DNA of 62,730 nucleotides, counting the filler, from Basidiobolus ranarum (lineage: Eukaryota): the NCBI GenBank assembly GCA_040143965.1. It is 36 parts of 36 records of this genome, joined end to end, with 100 filler letters (N's around TTAATTAATTAA, not from the genome) between each part and the next. Parts side by side here need not be neighbours in the genome. Positions count along the whole stretch, not along the records: positions 10,503 to 12,152 come from JASJQH010011505.1; positions 12,253 to 13,901 come from JASJQH010011506.1; positions 14,002 to 15,650 come from JASJQH010011507.1; positions 15,751 to 17,399 come from JASJQH010011508.1; positions 17,500 to 19,147 come from JASJQH010011509.1; positions 19,248 to 20,895 come from JASJQH010011510.1; positions 20,996 to 22,643 come from JASJQH010011511.1; positions 22,744 to 24,391 come from JASJQH010011512.1; 28 more parts are not named here. One strand, written 5' to 3'. The notes under the pieces are model-generated. The model was given only the letters and a program-made list of their open reading frames with translations. It was not told the origin of the DNA and ran no database searches. Positions 11,034 through 23,153 of the stretch are shown one piece after another. How positions within the stretch are numbered: the stretch's first letter is position 1; each line of letters opens with the position of its first letter. A program made the translations under genes and the position numbers.

Positions 11034-12015
11034 CCCTAACAAAAATACAATCAATTTGATCCAGATTGGATCAACCCTCCAAAATAGCAAAACTGGCAGA
11101 GAACCATCTCAATATTGGTTGCTTGCATTCTGCCAGGGATTTTGATGGTGTGATGGCAGTTTTTTGACCATATTTTGATGTTATTCATACATGTTAAAAT
11201 CTTGATCCTCAAATTTGGCATGTGTTAGTCAAAATCCACCAGTTTTTGCAAAAAAATAGTTTTTGAATGGCAAATTACGGGGGGAACTGCTATAGAAATT
11301 CAAATTAATATTCATGCCTTTATTTTGATACTTTAGGCTTTGTATTCCAGCCATAATGAGAATCAAAAAATGTAAGAATCTTGTTGTGTTTAGTCTCTAC
11401 ATACACACATACTTGACTGATTAGATAAAACTCAACAACCTCAATATGCTTTACCAGCAAACTCATAGTTGAAAAATTGCCAAACATCAGAAATTTTGAA
11501 AAGCACTGACACTAGGCTAATAGCTGACTTTTGTTACCATTCACAATGAGAATAAGCTCTTGGATTTTGCCAAATTTCCATAAAGAATTCAGCCAATATA
11601 TCCCCAACTTGGAGTCAACAAATGTCCTGCCACAAGTAGATGTGTCATTGCTAGACTAGATTACCTCATGGCTAAAACAATAATACTGCATATCTTGATC
11701 TATCTCATTAAGAAGTCTGTCTTGCAGCATTCCTAAAAATACTGTCAAATTATCACACAAGCAAATTACTCTGATTATAGAGGTACTTAGTCTGTGTCCA
11801 TTGATTGGGCTTTGTTGCTGTTATTGTGCTCAAACAATGTGAAAACCCATGGGCACATTGAAAATAGCCCTTTGTTGGCAGATTAATATACTCTGGAGTC
11901 TCCTTAACCCATTGCATTACATCCATCACTGATTTTGCTGATATATTATTAATTAGATTAGCATACTGTAATACTGACAATTTCACACAGAGCATTGTTT
12001 CACCACAGGTGTGCC
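11034..12015 (-). mobile_element. CACTA-like element end B (TIR CCCTAACAAAAAT) plus transposase 3' region
   Basis: The TIR interrupts the copia integrase right after DLCGP. The same end occurs at 18760, 31629(-), 58247 and 60562(-). Confidence 0.85.
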
Positions 12016-12017
12016 AT

Positions 12018-12140
12018 AGTTGTTTTTGGGTGTAAGCAGCAAGTATAACTGCAATATCCTAAGGGTTCTGTGAGGTGTCCAAAGGGTGCAATAACCATGG
12101 TTGAATAACTCTGGGATGTACTGTAATATGGGTCTGTCTC
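12018..12140 (-). repeat. Unclassified dispersed repeat (second copy at 47754-47880)
   Basis: About 125 bp inverted match ending at the terminus G(A/G)GACAGACCCATATTACAG. Confidence 0.7.
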
Positions 12141-12253
12141 TTGCCTCTTGGGNNNNNNNNNNNNNNNNNNNNNNNNNNNNNNNNNNNNNNNNNNNNTTAA
12201 TTAATTAANNNNNNNNNNNNNNNNNNNNNNNNNNNNNNNNNNNNNNNNNNNNT

Positions 12254-12427
12254 ACCAGTATGGCAAGTCCTCAAGTGGCTGGTGTGGCCGCATTGTACCT
12301 ATCCCCAGGTGGTTTGAGTACCCCTGCCCAAGTATACGCCGCACTTGTATCCAAGGCCACCAAGAATGTGATTACAGGATTGAAGGGTACCACTCCCAAT
12401 CTTTTGGTCTTCAACTCTAACCAATAA
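12254..12427 (+). CDS. Subtilisin-like serine protease (S8A, proteinase K type), C-terminus
   Basis: TSMASPQVAGVAALYL...KATKNVITGLKGTTPNLLVFNSNQ*, containing the catalytic Ser motif. This frame is absent from the ORF track. Confidence 0.93.
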   Translation, partial: TSMASPQVAGVAALYLSPGGLSTPAQVYAALVSKATKNVITGLKGTTPNLLVFNSNQ

Positions 12428-13367
12428 GGTGTTCTGATATCCATGAAACTGTTGTGAATAAATAAATAAGTCAAATAAATCCAAAGAAGCAACATAGCTA
12501 AGTTAAAAAGACATAAAAGTATTTGTGATTGCAATGATGACGATCAATCTATTGAGTAAGTTGTAACGTATACATGATATAGTAAATCCCGTGAGCTTAT
12601 TGCTAGTACATCCAACCTGCTGATCAAATATATCTTTGTATAAGTACGCACAAAAACATCTAAGATAATGGGACATGGCTCATTATATAATTTGATACAA
12701 TATACTGGATATTACAAAGTGAAGCTTTTACTTGGCGATAAGCAAATATATATCAATCTCGACTCTGCATGGTGCAATCTCTGTTGAGTTTGATTTGTGA
12801 ATTTACTGACTAGATCAAACTAAGAAGTGATAGTCAGCAACATCTGAAATCCCATCGTGATGCGAGGTATAACCAACCACAGGGATTTAATATATCCGAT
12901 TTCAACCTACAATACTGATTCATGTGATTCACATTTATATCCCACATATGCTGAAACATGGAAGGGATCAACCAGGAAATCAGAAATATCAATCACATCA
13001 TGTTAAGTCTAAATGTTCTTAATCTTCTAAGACATAAACCCGAATATCAGGATTCTGAATACCAGGATTCCGAATTTTTACCGGTAGCCATGGGAACGAT
13101 AAACTAGATGGTAAACTAAGTGCTTAGGTAATTTCCAAAATAATCAGAGTTTCTATATCTAGTCGACTCGCTAATATTTACCAATGACGATCTAAATTAG
13201 AAATTGTAATCTACAGAAACGTCTTACAGAGGTCAACTAGTTGATGCCACACTATGAGAAAATAGTCACTGAATAATACGATGAAGACATATAAAAGAGA
13301 TGAGCCTGGAGAAGTATTACTCAACATTCTAATAATCTGAGTATCGGATTAACTTACTAATTCTTCC

Positions 13368-13901
13368 ATGGTCAACGTACGCATCTTCACCTTAGGATCT
13401 CTTCTCGCTATTGTTTTGGCTGTGCCAATCACTGATGGCCAGAGTGTTGATGTTTCCAACCGCTATATCGTAAAAATTAAGGAGGGAGCTGATTCTAACA
13501 AAGGTATGCGTGCGTTGTTATGGCAATAACAGTATGAGAAGCAGTACTGATTTGTGTAAATAACTATATTAGTCGACCAATTTTTGAAGACAAAACTTGA
13601 TCAATACAACCGTGGTCGCAGTGGCAACAACTCCCTTAAAAACGAGCTAAAGAACAAGTTCGCCTTGGAGAACTTCAATGCTTATGCTGGTACACTCAGT
13701 CAAGCCCTTGTCAGTGAACTCAAAACCAATGGTGATGTCGAGTATGTTGAGGCCGAGCAAGTGTTCACTGTCTCTGGAGTTCAAAACAGCCCACCAAGCT
13801 GGGGTCTTCCTAGAGTCTCTCAGCGTGCATTGAATGCCAATGCCCCATACAACTATCCCGACTCAGCTGGTGAAGGGGTTGATGTGTACATCATCGACAC
13901 C
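13368..13901 (+). CDS. Secreted subtilisin-like protease (signal peptide, I9 prodomain, start of S8 domain), 3' truncated
   Basis: Exons 13368-13503 and 13573-13901 with a 69-bp GT-AG intron. Reads MVNVRIFTLGSLLAIVLA, RYIVKIK, VEYVEAEQ, PPSWGLPRVSQR and GEGVDVYIIDT. TATAAAA lies near 13290. Confidence 0.94.
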
Positions 13902-14002
13902 NNNNNNNNNNNNNNNNNNNNNNNNNNNNNNNNNNNNNNNNNNNNTTAATTAATTAANNNNNNNNNNNNNNNNNNNNNNNNNNNNNNNNNNNNNNNNNNN
14001 NT

Positions 14003-14404
14003 GGCTATAGACCTCCTGGTGGTGGTGGTCCCCCTGGTGGCTATAGACCTCCAGGCGGTGGTAGTCCCCCAGGTGGGTATAGACCTCCCGGCGGTGGTGG
14101 TCCCCCAGGTGGGTATAGACCTCCTGGGGGTGGTGGTCCTCCTGGTGATTATAGACCTCCTAGTGGTGGTGGTCCTCCAGGTCACAACAGGCCCCCAGGC
14201 GGCGGTGGGCCCCCGGGCTACGATACACCTCCTGGTGGCGATAATCCTCCTGGTGGTGATAATCCTCCCGGTGGCGACAATCCTCCTGATGGCGACTATC
14301 CCCCTGGTAGCGACAATCCTCCTGGTGGTGACAGACCCCCTGGTGGCGACCAACCACCAGGCTACCCACCAACTGGCTATAACGGACGTAATCATTATGG
14401 GTAA
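14003..14404 (+). CDS. Gly/Pro-rich tandem-repeat protein, C-terminal part
   Basis: About six 12-aa units GYRPPGGGGPPG, then about seven 6-aa units DNPPGG, ending YPPTGYNGRNHYG*. Variation between units falls mostly on third codon positions in this frame. Confidence 0.8.
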   Translation, partial: GYRPPGGGGPPGGYRPPGGGSPPGGYRPPGGGGPPGGYRPPGGGGPPGDYRPPSGGGPPGHNRPPGGGGPPGYDTPPGGDNPPGGDNPPGGDNPPDGDYPPGSDNPPGGDRPPGGDQPPGYPPTGYNGRNHYG

Positions 14405-15750
14405 AATAGTGGATATCATAGCAATCACGGTTGTAAGAGTATTGAGAAAACTTAGTATCTTGATCAACCTCTAACCATTCCCGATACACTTATGGTACTG
14501 TCCTTATTAGTGTACGTAATTCATGCTTGTCCATCTGTCTTTCAGCTTAAGCTTACAACGAATAAAGAAATTTTCAACTAACCACTTCGATGTACTTTAA
14601 AACAAACGCGAATCGATTTTTGCTTTTCACTCCGTTCTTATCATAGCTTTCTTGTGTGTGTTGCTCTGGACAGCCGATTACTCTTGATCGTAATTCTATA
14701 TCAAGCTTTACTGATTCCACTTCTCGATCTGTAAAAGCTTGTAAAACCCTGGTGAGCATGGTATGTAGTGCATTATGGTGCCAAGTAACTTAACAGTTGG
14801 CTATTCAACAGATGGGGTGCATAATTAAGCTGCCGAATAGTGTTACATTAATAGATAATTGTCTCGCTTTCATACAAAGGTATTGAATTCAAGCTTCAAT
14901 GATGTTGTTCCTGTTTAGCGTCATAATTCTTTGAATCATACCCTTCCACAATACATCAGTCAAAATACATCGAAATAATGCATTAGGACACTGAGAAACT
15001 TGATTCAATGTCTCATTCTATTAGTTTTGAATGTAGGCCAATAATCACTTTTTCATTGTCAGCATTCATTATAACAGCCAGTATAGCACTGCAGTTAACG
15101 AGAAAAACTTTAAAATTACTGAGCAATCTATTCTATTTTAATTACTTAGAAATTCAAAAGCCTGCTTTTGTTGACTGAATTTATAGTTTGTGTTACTCTA
15201 GTGATTGCCACAAATCTTATCACATACTTATATGTTTGGATCTCTCGAGCAATATTCTCCATGTTGGATGGCGCCTCATACACTATATACATAACACGCA
15301 AGACATGAATATTCGTGTTCTTCACTGTAAGCGATGACTGTTGGTTTGACATATGCATCCTGTCATGATATCAACAACAACAAAACCAGATGAATGGGAA
15401 GAGATTGGTTACACTACAGCATTAGCAGACAGAACTAGTACTTTCAAGCATACTACTCTCGCAATGCTAAACTCTACTTGTAACTGAGTTCTTATCTACA
15501 CATTGAAGTGCCGAAAAGATATATAAGTGAGACTAATTTCCCAGTAGTATATCAAGTTAGCAGTTCCCAATACACCTTCCCAATTGAACTGAATCATGAA
15601 GCTTTTCGCAAGTGCCCTAGTATTATTGCCAGCTGTGCTTGCAATGGCCGNNNNNNNNNNNNNNNNNNNNNNNNNNNNNNNNNNNNNNNNNNNNTTAATT
15701 AATTAANNNNNNNNNNNNNNNNNNNNNNNNNNNNNNNNNNNNNNNNNNNN

Positions 15751-17238
15751 CAAGCAATAACACTGCAATATTGCAATGAATGCAGTGTTTGGAAGGAACT
15801 AGTCAACAGTTAGTAAGTCACCCAACAATGATTCAAGACCTTCAAAATGCTGTACTTGAGCTACAGCAACATGCTGCTCCCTCCATTCATTCTCATTCAG
15901 GGTTTCAATCAAACCCACACCATACATATGAACATCACAGTGACAATTTAGCAGAGCAGAATATGTGTCAGACCATTAAGCTTACACAACAACCTGAAAT
16001 TGCTTGGGCACATGAAAGTAGATACCTCATAGGAAAACTGCAAACCAAAAGACACTGAATGTCAGAGCTGCCATCACTTGCTCTGATGATGAGTAGTTTA
16101 ACATTTTATAAACTGTGCAGAATCTGGCCCAAAATCTGGATTTGAGCCAATTGTGGTAAAACCAAAAACCAGGCATTACTCCAAAGGTTCTTGACTTATT
16201 TCATGTCTCTTATCCTGGGTTTTTGCAAGCAAATGGCAATTGGGCTATTATAGGCTTATTCATGAAACTTCTCAAAAATGTACACAATTATCAACTTTGA
16301 AAAGACAGAAAAGCAGATAAAGAAGTACTCAAGAAGCAGGAAGCTAGTAAACCTATGGGAAAAGCAAAGGAGCTGGTGAGTTTAGGCTCCACTGTCCCAC
16401 CTACCAAATTGTTCACACCATTACAAAGATCTGCATTTCCAGAGTCAGATATATTGGCAAAAAAGCTGAATTTCACCATAGATCCAGGTACACCAGTTGG
16501 AAGAGTGTCAAATTTGGAAGTTTACTCAACACCTGGCACCTTGCAACAAGCCAAAGCACCAGCAAATAAAACTCATGGCTCTCCAACCTTGACTGGTACT
16601 TTCCTACCCTCAGTAGTGTCATACTAGAAGGATGTATGAAAATAGTAAAAGTACTTGAGGAGTATTTTCAGAAGTATGAAGGCAAAACACAGTGCAAGTA
16701 TGCAGAAAGTGGCTTCAAAAGAAGAACATGAAACTTGACATTCAGTCTGGTATTGACCATGCAGATATCTGGGAAGAACTTAATACAGAGTGGCACATTA
16801 TTGCAGGGTACCTGCCGGATAGATGGAAGAATGTTGATTCAGCAATGTTAATACAATGGTGAGCTTTGATGGAGATACTGATACAAACTTGTGTTGGATA
16901 TGAGCTAAACCTTAGGCATGCAGAAGTCCATAAAATATTCAGGAAAATATGTCAAAGAAACTAGGAATTTGGAAGGTGACAAATTAGCATTCAAGTGATA
17001 AATGTGTAAAATTTGAGTTATGTTTTTGCATATGCATTGATCCATAGTTTGCTGAGATTGTAGCCAATCATGTGCAACTATTTTGCAAGATCTTGAAATT
17101 TCACTTCTGATTCTGAAAAAATTGATTAAAATCAAATCTAACTTGATGATTTCACAACAGTAAGTAAACAGTCAATCCCAAATGGATTAAAACTGTGATT
17201 GTTTTCCTACAATATCAATCCTCAAATTTCTGCTAGGG
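15751..17238 (+). mobile_element. CACTA-like ORF2 (3' two thirds) reading into element end A
   Basis: The ORF2 peptides are followed by about 400 bp of subterminal sequence and the inverted TIR ATTTCTGCTAGGG. Confidence 0.85.
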
Positions 17239-17239
17239 T

Positions 17240-17399
17240 CTAAGTAGTATCTTCAGACTTTGAGGCAATGGAAATGGCAAGCATTGCCTTTTCATGAACT
17301 GGATAGTTCTGTTCAGTGTTGTTCATCTTCTTGGACTCATAGGCATTTGAGTATTCTACATCAGCACAAATCTGGCTAAGAACTCCTCTTATGGCATAG
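17240..17399 (-). mobile_element. Ty3/gypsy RNase H fragment
   Basis: YAIRGVLSQ...AYESKKMNNTEQNYPVHEKAMLAI. Confidence 0.85.
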
Positions 17400-17499
17400 N
17401 NNNNNNNNNNNNNNNNNNNNNNNNNNNNNNNNNNNNNNNNNNNTTAATTAATTAANNNNNNNNNNNNNNNNNNNNNNNNNNNNNNNNNNNNNNNNNNNN

Positions 17500-17975
17500 T
17501 ATGTAATTGCTAATTCTCACATAATTCACATATATATAAAATATATGTTCCGATTTGCAGCTAAGTGATATTTGACTAAATAATGTTGACTAACTAATAT
17601 GTGATATATGTAATAGTTAGGTGTATAAAGATAGGGATAACATATATGATAAAGACAATAAACTTCAACAGTTCTAACCTTTACAGCATGACAGAAACCA
17701 CTACTACCACTTTTATTAATTCAAGTGTTGAAAAGCTTGATGGAGAAAATTATAATTTCTGGAAGTTCAAGATGCAAATCATGTGGGAAGACCTGGAACT
17801 TTGGGATGTAGTCTCTGGAGATGACATTATTCACATATATATATCATATAAGTTCCGATTTGCAGTTAAGTGATATTTCACTAAGTAATGTAAACTAACT
17901 TATATATAAAATGTGAAATTGTGAGGTGCATAAAGATATAGATAACACATATGACAAAGACAATAAACTTCAACA
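17500..17975 (-). repeat. Two partial LTR family D copies flanking a copia gag N-terminus
   Basis: Copies at 17500-17670 and about 17826-17975 both end AAACTTCAACA, as does 50653-50878. Between them the + strand reads EKLDGENYNFWKFKMQ. Confidence 0.75.
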
Positions 17976-18890
17976 AAAGCCAGGTGAATATCAACTGTAA
18001 TAAGTGTACAATCAACTTTAGTTTTGCCCACTGAGTCCACCCACTGTACTCTGCTTCAAAGCTTTGGTAACACTGCCAAAAGTCCAGATACTATGGAGTT
18101 ACCACAGAGATATGGCCAGAATGATGTAGTTAGAAATGCAACTTTGGTCAAACCAGTAAGTCCAGACAACTTTGAGGACATGCAGCTAGATGTTGACCAT
18201 GGTTATTCCAGTACCAATGGTAGTATATCAGAAGTTGAAGAATAAGAAAATGGTTTTGTTACAGACTCTTTGTTATTGGAAAGCATTAGTCCTCTCATAA
18301 CACTTACGGTGAGGAAAGCAGCTTTGAATATTGAGGAGTGGAGAGTTCAATCTAACTTCAGCAACTGAGTGTTTATTGGATCTTTTACGCTCTTACTACA
18401 GTTGATTAACTACTGTTTCTTGCCACAGACCTGGTACAAGTGGAAAACACTTGTCAATTGTATGATGGAGTAACCCTGTGGTGAAATGATACTCTGCATC
18501 AAATTCTTGGTATTTCTGTATCCTAATCAGATTAACAATGTATTAGTAAAATCAGTGATGGTTGTAATACAATGGGAAAAGGAAGCTCCAGAGTATATTA
18601 ACTTTCCTACAAAGAGCTTTTTCCATGTGCTCAGGGGTTTTTGCATTATTTGTTCACAACAACAGCAACAAAACTCAATCAATGGAGTTAGAGTAAGTAC
18701 CTCTATCATTTGGACTAATATGTCTATGTGATATTCTGAGGAGATAGATGAAGATATGCCCATAACAAAAATTAAATCAATTTGATCCAGATTGGATCCA
18801 CCCTTCTGGATTGCAAAACCATCAAAGAACTGTCATAGTATTGATGGCTTGCATATTGCCTGGGATTTTGATGGTGAGACAACAGCTTCT
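17976..18890 (+). mobile_element. CACTA-like transposase fragments (internally deleted) with a nested end B at 18760
   Basis: The N-terminal transposase region is joined directly to the C-terminal region at about 18465, followed by CCATAACAAAAATTAAATCAATTTGATCC. Confidence 0.75.
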
Positions 18891-19147
18891 AAAAAACAAT
18901 CTCTCTCTATCTTTAGAGATTTTAAAACACTTGTGGAGACTGAAACTGGAACTAAAATTGAAAAACTACATTTTAATATTGGTGGAGAATATACTTCAGC
19001 ACTATTTAAGCACTTTTGCAAAGTTCATGGAATTACGCAAGAAACTACTGCCCCCTATTCACCTCAACAAAATGGAGTTGCTGAAAGAGCTAACAGGACT
19101 ATAATAGAAATGGCAAGATCTATGATAAATGCACAAAATTTATCTCA
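18890..19147 (+). mobile_element. Copia integrase core fragment
   Basis: GGEYTS...TAPYSPQQNGVAERANRTIIEMARSM. Confidence 0.92.
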
Positions 19148-19606
19148 NNNNNNNNNNNNNNNNNNNNNNNNNNNNNNNNNNNNNNNNNNNNTTAATTAAT
19201 TAANNNNNNNNNNNNNNNNNNNNNNNNNNNNNNNNNNNNNNNNNNNNTTGATGTTTCAAAATTTCAGATGCTAATGGTGCTAGAAGCCAAGGACCTGAGG
19301 TGATTGGTTGTGGGGGTTACACATGTTCAAAAGTGACCCCTTTAGGGCAAGGAAAACATATTATGTGTTGTAAGTCCATTGCAATCAGTAAAAAAGGAAG
19401 TAGGTCAAAATATATCTAGAGAGAGAAGAGCAAGCAGATATAATAAAAAAAAGTTCAAAGCAAGGTTATTGGTAACAGGTCATTTACTGACTCTAGGAGT
19501 GCAATTTGATTAAAGCCATTACCCTTGTAGACAAGCTCAGCTCCAATAAATCAATCCTGGCACTCTCCCCCATATAAACTTAAGGGCATCAAATATACAT
19601 AGAAAC

Positions 19607-20141
19607 TGTTGAATTACGTAAATAGGAACTCATTATATAGTAGTTAGTTTATTCTTACTCAGATTATTTAGCACTCAATTCTGCCATTAAAAAATGTGTG
19701 TATATTGCTCTAATTGATAGAAATATAGACTTGTTCTCTGTGATAGTGCCAGATTGTGCTGCATATATCATATTGGATAAAGTATTCTAAAATTTATGCG
19801 GCACAATTTGGCACTATCCATCACCCTCTGGCATGATCAATTTCAATCACATTTACTCTAATATATTGATCCAAGGTCTGATAAATCTTGGCACAATGGA
19901 ACAAGTCCTATCAATTAGGTCACTTTTACCAATTTTCACTATTTTCTCAAAACTTCACCAAATCACCTCAAACTTTCACCTATGCTTAACAGGAATGTTT
20001 ATTATGATATAAGCAGTCCAATAGTCCTATTTCATAGTAAATTATAAATAGGACAAATTCAATGCAATAAAACTTAAGTGTCTAATTCACAAATCCAAAA
20101 CTTGACCAAAACACTTCCAAGTCCCCTAAACAAATTTATCA
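19607..20141 (+). repeat. Copia family A 5' LTR (TG...CA) containing a MITE insertion
   Basis: TGTTGAAT...TTTATCA. Its length minus the MITE and TSD is 350 bp, matching 61199-61549. Confidence 0.85.
19727..19908 (+). mobile_element. 182-bp MITE, TSD TAT
   Basis: TIRs (A)GACTTGTTC...GAACAAGTCC. The empty site GAAATATCAAT is seen in the other LTR A copies. Confidence 0.9.
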
Positions 20142-20172
20142 GCTTATGTGTCCCATACTAGCTGTTAAAGGA

Positions 20173-20895
20173 ATGTCTATCACTAATATTACCAACATTT
20201 TTGCATCCACAGAGAAGTTTGATGGTGAAGACTTTCACATTTGGAAGTTCAAGATGCAAATGGGTGCTAGAAGACAAGGACCTTTGGGGATTTGTTGCTG
20301 GAGAGGAAATAGAGCCAAAGGGACCACCTGGAGCTATCTGTGCCTTTCACAAGAAGCTGAGGAAAGCACTTTCTACACTTTGTCTACACCTCAGAGACTC
20401 TAAATTGAGGCACATACAATCAACCAAAAACATCCAAAATGCTGGGGAAACACTTGAGGGACTATATGAGACTAAAAGTATGGCTAATAGGCAATATCTT
20501 AGGCAAGAATTTTTCTCAATTCAGATGAAAACTGATGATGCTATACCCAATCATATAAATTGGAAAAAAACTATGGCAGATCAGCTCTCATCCATTGGAG
20601 CTCCTCTAAATGACAATTACTTAGTCATGACACTACTTGGAAGCATGCCAGATGAGTTTGAGAAACTCATAATTGCCCTAGAATCAAGATCAGAGCTATT
20701 AACAATAGAACATGTTGGTGCTAGGCTTTTGAATGAAGAATTAAGGAGATCTAATTCTCAGCAAAATAATGCAGAACAGGCATCTTTTGGAGCTGTAAAA
20801 TGTCCAACAGGCTTCAATAATGGTGCTCCTATTAGGAAATTAATCATCTGCAAGTATTGCAAGAAACCAGGCCATTTAATCAAAGATTGCAGAAA
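20173..20895 (+). mobile_element. Copia family A gag (one frameshift), ending in a zinc knuckle
   Basis: EKFDGEDFHIWKFKMQ, LLGSMPDEFE and CKYCKKPGHLIKDC. Confidence 0.92.
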
Positions 20896-20995
20896 NNNNN
20901 NNNNNNNNNNNNNNNNNNNNNNNNNNNNNNNNNNNNNNNTTAATTAATTAANNNNNNNNNNNNNNNNNNNNNNNNNNNNNNNNNNNNNNNNNNNN

Positions 20996-22405
20996 CTAAT
21001 CATGTCAAGGGATGTGGACTTTGCTCAAAAAGAAAAATTTATCAATCTAAGCAATCCAGGATCAAGAAACAACCAAAAATTGATGAAGATTCTTCTTTCT
21101 CTCACCAGATCCAGATTGGTGAGAAAAACATCAAAATTCCTCACCTGCAGACTCCTCAACCAAGCCTGAGGTGGTTTCATTGCCTAAATTGGTACCAGAC
21201 GCTGTATTGCCAATTTCCCATCTTAGGAGATCTAATTGGATGGGATCTTGGCCTGATTACTACTGTTGCACTGGCTAAAAGGAGCCTAGTGCTAATTTTG
21301 CCTTTTCCAATGAGCCCAAATCAGTTCAGGAGGTTATGGAGAGTGGCAACACAAAGTTTTACAGTGCTGCAATGGCAGAGGAGTATCAGTCACTCATAGA
21401 TAACCAAACTTGGACTTTGGTTAAGTTACCTGATGACCAAAAATCAATTGAATGCAAATAGATGTTTGAAGTTAAGCAGCAAGCTGATGGATCTGTAGAA
21501 AGCTATAAAGCCAGACTTGTAGCTAAAGGATACTCTCAAATGGAAGGAGTGGACTACAATGAAACATTAGCTCCTGTAGCAAAGTTTAATCCCATCACAA
21601 CTGTACTAGGAGTAGCAGCCAAACCCAGCTTAAAAATCCAACAAATGGATATTGAAACTGCTTTTTTGAATGGAGACTTGGAAGAAGATATATTCATCAA
21701 TCAACCAGATGGTTTTGGGGATCCTGAGCACCCTGATGATGTGTGTAAGCTTCAAACATCACCTTATGAACTTAAAGAATCACCCAGGGCCTGGTACACT
21801 AAGATAGACTCTTACTTGGAATAATTTGATTTCCAAAATAATGTGGCGGATTTTGGGATCTACTTTAAGACAGATAAGGACAGTAAGGTGATACTTGCCT
21901 TATGTGTCGATGATCTGATTATAGCTACCAATAATGATGAAGCTTCATGAATACCAAAAGAGATCTATCAGTCCAATTCAAGATGACCGATTTAGATGTA
22001 CTTACATATTTTTTAGGTCTGCAGATCCATACAGACATATTGAGCAAATCTATTACTCTGAAACAATCTAAATACATTTCAGACATTCTCAGACATTACA
22101 GGATGGGGAAATGTAAGCTAGTAGCAACTCCCATGGATCCAGGTGTGAAACTAGTCAAAAATCACATCAAAAATGATTAAAATTGCCCAAATATGGCTCA
22201 AACTATGTCACTTGAAAGCACTGAGTTGCCTTATCAATATATATTAGGTAGTTTGATCTACGCTATGACTGGAACCCAACCAGATATCTCTTTTGCAGTG
22301 AGAATAGTCAGCCAACAAGTGCAAAACCAAGGATCTGAGCATTATGCCACAGTTAAGTGGATTTTCAGATATTTGAAGAGGACAATTGATCTGAGATTAA
22401 GATAC
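20996..22405 (+). mobile_element. Copia reverse transcriptase, degenerate
   Basis: [33 protein letters not shown] and YQYILGSLIYAMTGTQPDI, with multiple stops. Confidence 0.95.
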
Positions 22406-22643
22406 TGTTGGATAATTAATCTTCGTTCAACATCAGAGTTAACTTTAGTTATGATACATATATCAGAAACAGAAAGCAATGTATCTATAGCAACAATATT
22501 CTCAATAGGAATATCTCTATATCTATATTAGTAGTATGTCTTATTACCTCCACTTATCTATTATATCTTATTACACAAACTCCTGAATGTCTCAAACAAT
22601 TGATTTACTTTTCTACTATATAAGTCACCATATACTCTTAAGA
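22406..22643 (+). repeat. Copia LTR family B (5' part), inserted in RT
   Basis: Begins TGTTGGATAATT and matches 54652-54337(-). Confidence 0.85.
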
Positions 22644-23153
22644 NNNNNNNNNNNNNNNNNNNNNNNNNNNNNNNNNNNNNNNNNNNNTTAATTAATTAAN
22701 NNNNNNNNNNNNNNNNNNNNNNNNNNNNNNNNNNNNNNNNNNNGGCTAAAGTAATTGAAAATTCCGTTCTTCATGATATCCAAAGTCTAATTACTTTGAG
22801 ACTGTTTACTCGAATGTTGCTTCGTCAATACTGAAAACGTAAATCTCGATGAACTTAGTCAAGATTACGAAAAATTCACCATATCAGCAAAATTACGCTC
22901 CCATCTCTGTTGGAGAAATGAAGCAGAAATGAAGCAGAAATTTCGCTTACTAATTTTTTTGCCTATGACTAATCGTCATTGGATAAACAGTAAAGAAAAT
23001 TGGAAGTTGCCATTGGCTTACTAATAATCAGTGATTGTTTCCGATTTAAGCAGTAGAACAACATACCAATACGTATGCTCTGATGGAGTATAAAGCCATT
23101 ACTCTTACTTACCATTACCTTTATTCACAACTATATTTCTACCATTTTCACAT

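Noticed and set aside
13946-14489. ORF-track proteins 14019..14474(+), 13946..14467(-) and 14160..14489(-)
   Set aside because: They are shadow frames of the Gly/Pro repeat. Unit-to-unit changes are mostly synonymous only in the frame starting at 14003.
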